NCBI GenBank assembly: GCA_013239625.1
Contig: MU055549.1
Location: 1,513,746 to 1,577,745 of the forward strand
DNA length: 64,000 nt
DNA from: Lama guanicoe
Lineage: Eukaryota
Direction: 5' to 3'
Of the stretch, positions 25,700-35,750 are shown piece after piece. Under the pieces are notes generated by a model. The model did not search any database and had not been told where the DNA came from. It saw only the letters and a program-made list of their open reading frames with translations. Made by a program: the position numbers and the translations under genes. Each line of letters begins with the position of its first letter. Within the stretch, counting starts at the first letter, position 1.

Positions 25700-25990
25700 A
25701 AAGCTTAAAAATGGGCACAGGCTTCCAGCTGTAAACTGAATACGCCCTGGGATGCCACGCGCAGCGCGGTGGCTGCAGGCACTCACGCTGTATTGTGTGT
25801 TTGAAAGTTGCTCCAGGAATGTGTCCTAAAGAATCCTCGTCCCAAGGAAAGCACATTCGTAACCGTGTGCGGTGGTGGATGTTAGCTAGGCTCATGGTGG
25901 CGGTCGTTTCGCAATATATGCAAATATGTAATCTTATGTTACAGACCTGAAGCTGATATGATGACGTACTTCAATCGTGCCTCAGTAAGA
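25700..25990 (+). mobile_element. 5'-truncated L1 3' UTR (L1MA9/laurasiatherian type)
   Basis: cttccagctgtaaactgaatacgccctgggatg...ctgtattgtgtgtttgaaagttgct...ggatgttagctaggctcatggtggcggtcgtttcgcaatatatgcaaatat...acctgaagctgatatgatg. Confidence 0.75.
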
Positions 25991-27398
25991 ATTACCCCTG
26001 TGCTTGCTTACCTCACACAGCCGCTTGAGCACAGGAGCGACGCGTTGCCCCGCAGGGCCGCACAGTCTTCCATTTTGCCGTCGCTAGTGACGAGGGTTTT
26101 ACTAGACTCTGGAATTGCCCATCCAGCGGTGGCCTTGAACTTCCCTTCTGATAATTTTATCCCTAAGAGAGCAGAGGATCTGAAGAGACGACCTCACAGG
26201 ACAAAAGGGAGTTGTCGCTAAAATAGTTACGTGTGAGAATGTGGACAAGCCGTCCTCTCACCGCGAACTTGTGCTGATCGCTGCAGGGCCCCAAGCTCGT
26301 CCGCGCGGCGGTGATGCGGAAGGCGTCAAGCGCATTCAGAGGTGAGACCGGAAGGCCAGGTCCCGGGGCCTGAGACTGGGCGGGAGGACAGCCCAGGCAG
26401 GTTGGAAAGTCACAATAAAATGCAACTTGATTTTGTCGTCATAAATTAATGAGAAAAATGTGACTGAAAAGTCAGACTGTCTCTGCTGAGGTCAGCTCTG
26501 AAGAGGACACATCGTGGAGAGAAGGTTATGAGCCTTGACAAGACCGTGTGGATGCTAGGAGACTCCGTGAGATTCTGTGACAACGGCAGAGACGAGGGGC
26601 CTTGGGGAGCTGAGCCTGAGAAGGTGCGGAGGAGCCACGTCTCGCTGCAGGCGTTTCAGACAAGAGGAGTCTCAGGAGTGCCCGGGTCTCCTGCCTGGGC
26701 CGCTGGGGAGACATTGCTGCATGAAGAGGCTCCCCAGGTCCTGTCTTCTCTCAGGGGACTGGTCTTCAGACACAAAAGGGCACCTCATCCTTGGTGAAAT
26801 GGAGCAGATCGTTTGGGGAATGAGAGGTGGTCGTACAGGGGCCAGACGACAACCCAGCAGAAGTGGCCGGCGAGCCCCCAGCCGGGGCTGCTGGCATCAG
26901 CAGGCCGGTGCAGGCGGGCCCGTGCCCGGCAGCAAGCCGCCCAGCTCTCCGGGAGCTTCGGGAGCAGAGACGGCTGGCTGCGTACTTGTGGATTTGATGC
27001 CAGTCACCGGCAAGACTTAAGGAGAGAGTATTAAAAAGCTGCTTTGTACACAGGTGGGAAAGCACACAGCCATAGGGGAGCACACCTGAGCTCACGGAGA
27101 ACAAATTTTGCACATGAAGGTCATTCTTTTCTCTAGCAGGTTTACCAGATGGACTGGTCCAGACACTTACTGTCTCGCACCCGGATTATCCTGACCCCTC
27201 CAGGCTGGTCACCTTGTCTGCCCCTCCACCTTCTTCAGACCTTTGTCTTCTTCCTGAGCTTCCTAGCAATTTACTCCTCACGGGACTCAAGCTTCCAAGG
27301 GCAGAGCAGCAGCAGACCACTCAGACACACGTGCTCCTTCTGCCCGGCTTTGCTGAGAGCCAGCCCCCAGCCCCTGGCCCCCAGGACACACGGGTTAC

Positions 27399-27437
27399 AC
27401 GCACACACGCGCACACACACACGTGCGCACACACACT
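27399..27437. repeat. Imperfect (CA/CG)n microsatellite
   Basis: acgcacacacgcgcacacacacacgtgcgcacacacac. Confidence 0.85.
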
Positions 27438-27579
27438 AAACCCATTGCAATTCCAAGAAACACGCTCATCTTGTCAGACTGTACAAGGTGAATTTCAAAC
27501 TACATCCCCTTCCTCCAGGCTGGTGCTCACAGGCTCGGAGGAGCAGACGTCTGTGTCGGACTTGGCCCCTACCTCGGGC

Positions 27580-27990
27580 AGAATTAGGAGGCCATTAAAT
27601 TGGCTTGTAAGGCGTTATTTCTGTGTCTCCAACCCTGACCAGGACCGATGGGTGGATTTGTGCCTTAAATGAAAGATAATTAAAGAGATAATTGAACTGT
27701 TTTAAAATCTCACCCTGCATTTGAACTCGATTGTTTTTTAGCATGAAATGCAGGCCCCACAGTGGATGGCAATTTCCTTGTGTTCCTCTCTCAACTTCCA
27801 TTTCAGGCAATTGCCGTGGTTCGCGTTGTAATCTATTTCCTTTTAGTAACAGATTAGTAATCAAAAGTTGACGGCTTTCAATGTACAGTTTCTCCAGAAA
27901 GTCAGGAGCCCAGAGTCGGTTAGCGCGCAGCTACTCTTTGAAATCACCATAATATCACTGCTGCAGAGAGAGCTGCAAGCGCATTTAGGA
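27580..27990. promoter_or_regulatory. Candidate conserved enhancer
   Basis: AT-rich, repeat-free; ccattaaattgg, gataattaaagagataattg, gtaatct, agattagtaatc homeodomain cores; ATTGTT SOX-like motif. Confidence 0.4.
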
Positions 27991-28879
27991 TTTAAGGAGG
28001 GAGGGGAAGGTAAAGAGAGAGGGGAAGAAAGGGAGGGAGACCAAGAAGGTAAATCCAGCGCCTCAGCTTCCTCCATTTCTACTTGTGTTCTAAGAGGGCT
28101 GAAACCACTGAGAACGTTGTGTTTTGAAGGGGGGATTCTTGTGTGCTGTGTGTACATATGATCACATTTGTGCCCGTAGGAACGTTCATACGTCTGAACA
28201 GTGTGGGAAACAAGAAGAAAGTGGAGGCAGTGGGCAAAGTAGGTACAGAGAAGCCAAAGAGAAACGGTGCCCTGACCCAGCGGGTGCAGGAGGGACGCCC
28301 ACGGGACCCCATACAACGCTCAGGCTTCACTTGTGCCTGGATTAGACACATTCCTCTTCACCAGGGAGGAGTCTACAAAGAAGAGCTGAGGATACTTTGG
28401 AAGGAATTCCTACCGCAGTCCAGGCTCCACTGGAAACCAGCTGTCTGTGAAAGGACACGAATCCTGCCTCAGGGGAATGTGAGCATTCAGTGCTCTGCAT
28501 CTTTAAAATGAAGTTCAGAGAACCCAGCGCTTAAATGGTTATGGGCGTCTTCCATCCCCCAGCCTGAGTGTTAACAACGGTTTTTGCGTTGTTTATGAGC
28601 CTTTGGTTTCTCTGAATTTCCAGGAGAAAGGTTAGCTCTATTTTAGGACCAGATTTAAGAGTGAGTTCACAAAAACAAATGGCAGCATCAGACACCGTGT
28701 GCGACTCTCCGGAAGTGAGTGGGAGCTGATGCCTAATTTCTGGATGGCGCTTAGGTCTCGTGCCGGGCCGCAGGGCGGTGGCTGGGACTGTGCTGGCTGC
28801 GGGCCTGCTCCTTCCTGTGAGCACCCAGGATCTGCCGCACGCCCACCCTGCCTGCTGCGTGATGTGGGGCACCAGGTAG

Positions 28880-29170
28880 AGCCCCTCCCCTCCTAGACCT
28901 CAGAGATGCCAGCTGGAGAGGGACCTCGACCTGTGAACACACGCAGCAGTGTGTAGCTGCAAACCGTGACCTGGGCTGAGAAGGCAAATGGTCTAAAGGA
29001 TAAAGGGGGTCACTTCCCTCAACCTGAGGGGTCAGGGAAGGCTCCCCAGAACAGCCCAGCTGCAGTCTAAAGGACACCAGGAATCAGCGAAGGTTTGGGT
29101 GGGTTGGGGGTAGGAAAGCCACGCAGGACAGAGGGAAGCATGCAGAAGCACTGAGAGTGGAAAGAGCCGG
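28880..29170 (-). mobile_element. L2 fragment, antisense
   Basis: ggggtcagggaaggctccccaga...gtctaaaggacaccaggaatcagc...gcaggacagagggaagcatgcagaagcactgagag. Confidence 0.55.
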
Positions 29171-29819
29171 ACGGGTGGACAGGCCGGAGTGGGGCTGCTG
29201 GGGCTCCAGCTTTGCTGCCCCTGCGCGTCCTCAGGTCAGTCTCGAGCCGGCTGCACGGTCCCCCGCTTCCCTGTTTGCCATCTGCCTCCACCTGTGTTCC
29301 CTGAAGTCAGAGCCGCTGTCACTTTGTTGGGGGCATGGTTTTGGAGAACAGGGGTGAGGGCCAAGGGGGAGGGGGCAGAGACAGAGGGAGAGGCTGGGTG
29401 GGATGTCAAGCTGGCTCCTGCTAAGGATGGCTGACCCTCAGTCCCCCAGCCCATTGTCCAACTGCCATGGAAACTGCATTTAGGGAGGAGGCAGCCCAGG
29501 GAGGAGCCCCACAGTTGAGGATGTGCCCCGAGGTGTGCTAATTGCCCCACACTTCTGAATCTTGTGTGGATGGGTGCCCGGTGGTCCTGTGACTCTCACA
29601 TCCAACCTTGACAGGGAGACTCTGCAAAGGTGACAGGTGCAAAGTGAGCTGTTGTCAGGTGTTCCCAGGTGAGACTGGAGATCTGGAGACTGCCCGCCTG
29701 GTTAGGGATGGGACAGAGGACAGATGACCCCAGGGGTTTGGAAGAGGAGCATCCGGGGGTCTGATGCTCTCCCAGTGACTAGGTTCCAGAGCACAACCAG
29801 GAGGAGAGTGTAACCACGT

Positions 29820-30200
29820 AAGGCATTCTGCCTACCCTTTCTGTCGGTCTCACGGCAAACTCCAAGCCGCTGACAGTGGCCCAGATGGCCCTCCTAGGCC
29901 CTCTTCCTTGTCCGCGATGCTCCAGTGTGTCAGCAGCCTTTCGGCTTCTGGAACTCACGGACCTCCTCCTCTGGCCTTTGCACCTGGGCTTCCGCTGCCC
30001 TCGCTCCTGCCCCAGGTGGCCCCATCTCGTCCGACTGGTTGAGGTATAAACACCCCTCCGCAGAGGGCCTCCCTGATGATCTGCTGAACAACCTTGCTTC
30101 CCTCCTCGTTTGATTCCAGCTCCACCCAGGGATCCCAGTGCACAGGTCAGGGCTGGCCCAACATCCTGCACCAGGAGCCAGTGCCCGGGGGGCTGAAGCT
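29820..30200 (+). mobile_element. L2 3' region
   Basis: aaactccaagccgctgacagtggcccagatggccctcc; cctcctctggcctttgcacctgggcttcc; cccctccgcagagggcctccctgat. Confidence 0.5.
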
Positions 30201-31003
30201 GTCTCTGTGCCTGGTTTGTGCATGAGAGAAAATGCATTTTAAGAAATCCTTTTGTTTGCCTTAATACAGGATGTTGTATGGGCTCTTGGTTAAGTCTGTA
30301 AACCACCACGATGACCAGACATTTCAGTCTGTGAAATCAGATGACCTCATAAATTCGTAAGAAGTCACGGCAGAGGAATGTGTAAAGAACAGTCCGAGGG
30401 CTGCTGCTTGGGCCAGGGATCGGGAGACCATGGTGGACACATTTCCGGTTCCTCAGAATGCATGGGCTACGATTCCATCAGAACATCCAAAGAATCACCC
30501 CTCCCTCATCACATCACTAGCAGAAGCAATGATTTTCTGCAAATAGAGATTTCTGGTTCCCAGAAAGAAGCTCCGATACAAGCAAAGGACAGGCAAACCC
30601 TTCACTGAACCTGTCAACTTGAACATGCAAGTTTTGGGAATCCCCCCAAAAACCTATCACATGACACTGTCTTTTGGGGCCATAAGAATATTCCAAAGAG
30701 ATGGCAAAGTGATGCGTAAGAAATGAGGGCTGGACCGTTCAGGTCATCTGGACACTGAGAGTCGGAGATACAGAAGCGGATGCCCAGTTGGTTTTGAGCC
30801 TTTCCTGGCAGCGTCCAGTAGGCACAGGCGGCACTTTTCAAAACCTTGTTTAAGGATAATTGAAGGCAGTGACATCGCCTGGACGGGGCTCCAGGGACCA
30901 AAGCGTCTTTAGATGGGACGCTGAAGACCTCTGGTCCTGGCTGCCTGCAGGGCTGCAGGAAACGCCACCTTAGGCCGCACCGTCCCGAACCCTCCAGGCC
31001 CCG

Positions 31004-31024
31004 GCCGCTGTCCGTGGTGCTGGA
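31004..31024 (-). promoter_or_regulatory. Canonical REST/NRSF binding site (RE1/NRSE)
   Basis: Minus strand TCCAGCACCACGGACAGCGGC vs consensus TTCAGCACCACGGACAGCGCC: 19/21, both half-sites and the 2-bp spacer intact. Confidence 0.8.
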
Positions 31025-31689
31025 GCGGCCCCTCCACCGCCCCTCTGCCCACCCCGTCCCTCTGCCCCAGGGCCGCGCGTCACGGGCCTTCCCCAGAACA
31101 CCCGCCATGGCTCTGCAGCTTTGATCCTCATTCCCAGTGAACCTTGCTTCCGGCCCCCGCTGTGGCTCGGAGCAGCAAGAGCAGGTGGTTCTGGAGCCAG
31201 GTGCCTGCTGAGAATCTGGACTCCTCACTGTCTGGCTGTTTGCCCCTTTGAGCTACTCCTCCTCTCTGACCCTCCGCCTCGACTGTGTGGTGGGCGTAGT
31301 GAGAGCAGGCAACCTGGGGGCCCTGGGGGCAGGAGGAGATAGAAGATGCACGGCGCGTGGCCCAGTGTCGGGACACGAGCACCGCACGCGTCTATAATTA
31401 GACCTGCCGTTGTTTTGGACACAGTGGCAGCTCCAAATGAGTCCACTCCCAGCTCTGCTCTCACCTGCCCTGCGACCCTGGACAAGTCCTGCAGCCTCGG
31501 CTGCCTCGGGTGAGAGGGGCTTCAGGGCGGAAGCTGACTGCCAGCGGGGGGGGGGGGGAGAACTGCCGGAAGGAACAGCGCCATGCGTGGGCTCTCACCG
31601 CCCACCCCCCCGGCTACTAACCCCTTTCGTGACCCCTCCCCGATGTGCTCCCGTTTCCGAGAGCTCTTCAAAACTTATTGCCAAGGGAA

Positions 31690-32930
31690 CCAACTGAACT
31701 CAAGTTATAAAGACCTATTTAGATCACCGAGCGAATCTTGAATATTATTCAGACTAATAATGGTGCGGGCAGGCAGCAATGCCTTGTTATTATTGACGCA
31801 GGGGACCATAGCCTGCTTAGGGCTGAGCTTGATAACAAATGGAAAAAAACCCTCCAGGAAGCATGTCTGCAGAGGGACACGAAACTGGGAGGTCCTTTGG
31901 GTGCAAATAATGAATTTCTGCAGAGAAAATGAGGCTCTTTTCTCCATATTGCATTTAGCCAGCCATCCCCTTTTTCTTTTCTTTTCTTTTTTTTAGCTGA
32001 TACCATGTCAGAAATTACCAGAGGCTTGGAGGAAACGCTCCTAAGACTTATTCGGACCAGCTCAGTCTCCCAGAATTTCCTTTGGGGCCAGCTTTACGCT
32101 CATCTTGTGTCTAGGACTATGGAATTCTTTATGAAGGGTAGAAATGAGGAAACATATATTAAGTCTGAATTAGTGCTAGGAGAAAACACCGTAGACATGT
32201 TTATTAAATAAATCTCTGTCAGTCCAGGTTGGATCAGATAACAGTTTTAACACCCGTGCCGCCCTCGTGATTAATCCATACGTATCCTCATTCGAAATGG
32301 CAAGCAGATAGACAGTCTTCAAACACAGTTTTAAGCATCACAAAACCTGAGGGCCCTTGCTATTTCTCTCATGAACCAGTTTTTTTTTTTTTCTGTTGCC
32401 TCATTCCTAATTTCTCAATCGGTAAAAGCTTACTGAATATGACTTGGGGGTTTGCAGAAAACTAACTGAAATAATGTTTTGTGTAATGACAGCATTTCAG
32501 AAAAGCAGGAACAATAAAAAAAATCCATGGACAAAAGCCCGCGCTTCGCAACGTCTCTGTGCGTCCGTCTTCTATTTTTAAATTGTTCATCAAAGCTGCC
32601 GACTCACTGCTTATGGGGAGATAGAAAGGAATCTTTATATCCCCAAAGGTTCTAAAATTATCCACTGTGCTTACTACTTGGCTTCTGAAGGGAGATTATC
32701 CCTTCTAATTGGAAATCTTCTATTATTTGTGTTTGAAATGTTTGAAAGGACAAGTTGGGGCTCAGTCGCTATTAATAGCCCGCTGCCGGGATGTGATAAA
32801 AGAGCAGGCGGCATGAAGGCTGCTCACCGCCAGGCATATTAAGCCGGTCATTTTCATTAATCACGCCCCAAACCTGCAGCACAAATGGTCCGGGTCCCAT
32901 TTGTGTTTTATTAAGTGTCTCATCATCTCA
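31690..32930. promoter_or_regulatory. Extended AT-rich non-repeat region, candidate enhancer cluster
   Basis: TAAT-rich, with tgattaatcc, gtaatgacag, ctaattgg, GATAA, cattaatca and an inverted E-box pair at 32880-32905. Confidence 0.45.
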
Positions 32931-33449
32931 GCCTCTCTTGTTTCAGGTAATGTTGCTTCTTCAGCAATGTTACTCAGAAGACCGGCTATGCTTCAGCCCC
33001 GCACCAAGCCGAGGCACACGCCCAGGACCCTCGCGGGTGTGCCCTCTGGTGCTGGAAGCGGAGCCCGGCCCGGCTTGGCCAGACGCGACGAGACTGTGGT
33101 GTCCTTCCAGGAGCGGAGACAAAGAAGACACACGAGGCTCCTAAGCTGCCGTTGTGGAGACGAATTTGCTTTGGCAAATGTGTCCTGTGGTTGTGGAGAG
33201 CATCACACTGCTCCCCGGAAGGCTTCTGTCGTGAGGAACTGGATGACAGCTCTGGATCTCAGCTGTCATGTACTGTTGGCACAAACACCACGCACGGCAC
33301 CCGGATTGTCAGGCAACAGAAGAGAGTCAGAAAACACCATCAGGACTTGTAGGGACTGGCTTCTAAGAACCATGGAGATGAGTCCAGGGTGACAGGTCAG
33401 CTCAGAGGAGTGGGAAGTCCACAAGCCCTGGAGGCTGAGACCTCAGTCC

Positions 33450-33590
33450 CCACTCATCACCTCTTCCAGCCTCAGTCCTCTCATCCATAAAACAGGATAA
33501 CACAAGTGCAGGCCCCATGGGGCCGTTGTGATAAATGCAGGAGGCTGCCTGCAAGGGCTCCGCGCAGCCCCTGGCAGGTGCTCACTTCAT
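33450..33590 (+). mobile_element. MIR SINE core
   Basis: agcctcagtcctctcatccataaaacaggataac resembles the MIR core gcctcagtttcctcatctgtaaaatggggataat. Confidence 0.6.
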
Positions 33591-33713
33591 TTTGGCTCTT
33601 GTTACTCTATAAGTTCCAAATTCGGATACAAGAACCGTATTTTTGTTTTTCAAGTTAGACATAATCTATGTAGCAAGAGTATTGTACACAAGGCAGCTCT
33701 CAAAAGTGGCCGG

Positions 33714-34139
33714 ATCTACTGAGATGGCCCTGTGACCCTTGTTCCTCTGTGGATGTGGTGTGTCACATCAATTGACTTAGATATGTTGAATGATCCTTGT
33801 GTCCCTGGGATGAATCCAACTTGACCATTGTGTATGATCTTTTTTATGTGCTGTTGGATTCTGTTTGTTAATATTTTGTCAAGGATTTTATGGTAATGGG
33901 GGAAAGGGGATAGGAAGGGATAAATTTGGGAGTTTGGGATTTGCAAAGGTTAACCGCTATATATAAAAATAGATTAAAAAAGCACAGGGAACTATATTCA
34001 CTATCTTGTAATAACTTTTAAAGAAAAAGAATCTGAAAACAAATATATGTATGTGCATGCATGACTGGGACACGATGCTCTACACCAGAAATTGACACAT
34101 TGTAACTGACTGTACTTCAGCAATAATAATTTAAAAAAA
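33714..34139 (+). mobile_element. Lineage-specific (camelid-type) L1: inverted RT fragment (33714-33889) fused to sense 3' UTR and A-tail, with TSD
   Basis: Minus-strand translation [46 protein letters not shown] is L1 ORF2 RT region; sense 3' UTR gggataaatttgggagtttgggatttgc...tacaccagaaattgacacattgtaactgactgtacttca; TSD aaaagtggccgg (33702-33713) / aaaagtggctgg (34136-34147). Confidence 0.9.
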
Positions 34140-34859
34140 GTGGCTGGCCTCTCTCTACTCTCTTCCCCTGAAAATTAGCAGTGAATTTTCACCATGAAAA
34201 TGGGGATAAAGTGGAATTTGCCCTATATGTCCAAGTGAAATCTTCTGGGCCACATGGGAACCACGTCCTTGAATTACGGGTAGAGAGACACAGGCATGGT
34301 CTGTCCCCACAAGTGCTCCCATATGCCCAGGCTTATCTTTGTAGGCCCAGGGCCCTGCCTCCCTTGGTGTCCTGAGCTCCAAGACCCCCCAGGTGTGTCA
34401 TCTGAGTGTCAACCCCACGCTGAGGGCCTCGCACCTGCAGGCACAGGATGCATTGTGCAGACTAGCATGGGAAACCCATGCACACTCGACAGGTGGCCCA
34501 GCTCTCCCCAGAAGTGAAGCTGGGACTGGCTTCACGCCATGGGGTCCCTGCATAACCACCAGAGGTCAGCTGATGGCCAACTGTCTTTCCGTACAGCTGC
34601 TTTTACCGACCGCACCTGGTACCCAACTCACGGTGCATCTTAGTAGTAAGCACAAGGAAAAATGACACTTCCCCGGCGACATGGCATTTCCCCTTGAATC
34701 AGACAGGAAGAATGACTCCCCTCTGAGTCATGAAGGCCAAGAAACTCAGCTCTAAATGTGATGTTCGAATGTAGCAACTGTAGAGACATATTTTGATATA
34801 ATTATCCCATTCTTTCCCCATACTGCAATTGCCTTATTTAAAAAAATCACACACACACA

Positions 34860-35026
34860 TTTTTCTTTCATAAAAGCTTTATTTATATAATTTTCAAGCT
34901 GTACAACTCATGAATTTAAATGTACAATCCAGTGGCTTTTGGTAACTTCACAGATGTGTGCAAACCTCACAAAAGTCCATTTAAGAACATTTTCCTTACC
35001 TCAAAAAGGAACCCACACCCTTAGAC

Positions 35027-35067
<41 letters not shown>

Positions 35068-35310
35068 ATTCTGTCTCTAAGGATTTCCCTCTTCGGGACA
35101 TTCCGTATAAAGGGGACCCTGTGACGTGTGGTCCCTTGTGACGGGCTCTCTCGCTGAGCATCGTGTCCTCACGGCTCATCCTCACTTGCTGAAGAAGGTG
35201 TCACTGCGGCTGAATGATCTCGTTGTAAGGAGAGACCTCGTTTTGTCTGTGGATTGATAGCTGATGAGCATTTGGGCAGTTTCTAGCTTTTGGCTGTTCT
35301 AAACCGTGCC
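34860..35310 (-). mobile_element. L1MB-type 3' end, antisense
   Basis: aaatgtacaatccagtggctttttggtaacttcacagatgtgtgcaaacc...ttaagaacattttccttacctcaaaaaggaaccc; gatagctgatgagcatttgggcagtttctagcttttggctgtt. Confidence 0.8.
35028..35067. repeat. Pure C40 homopolymer
   Basis: 40 consecutive C. Confidence 0.95.
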
Positions 35311-35339
35311 GCTGTGGACATTCCCCTGGGCAGCGCCTC

Positions 35340-35750
35340 ACTGGGTGTCTTCCGTTTGGCCCTCGCCTGCCGTGTTCCCCCCTCCTCCCTGCTCTGGGCT
35401 CCAGGAGGCTGATCTGAATGGACCTAATCAGTGGCTTCTTGCTGGTTTCGGCCAAATGGTGACCCAGGGGAAGGAGAAGCAGCCGGGGTGTTCATGTCTC
35501 TGGTCCCCTCCCCGAGGGGTCCTGCTTGCTGGCCTCCATGCTGCACCTTCCCTGCGTCTCTCCCTCACCCTGCCCCAGTGAGCGCTGTCTTGCCGCCTTC
35601 TTGTTCCCGCCTCTCCCTGACCCCATCAGGAGCTGCTGTCCCAGCCTCTGTGGCGGGGGATGGGCATGGTCCCCGACTATGAGGACGTCCTGCAGGCGTT
35701 GCCACCCCACCTCCCTCTGACGAGCGCTCCTGGAGACCCAGGGTCCTCGC
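35340..35750. mobile_element. ERVL LTR16-like fragment
   Basis: cctgctctgggctccaggaggctgatctgaatggac...cttgctggtttcggccaaatgg...ccggggtgttcatgtctctggtcccctcccc resembles the recalled LTR16 consensus. Confidence 0.5.

Noticed and set aside
33716-33946. ORF with reverse-transcriptase-like peptide as a functional RT gene
   Set aside because: It is a ~55-codon decayed L1 ORF2 fragment inside a truncated insertion
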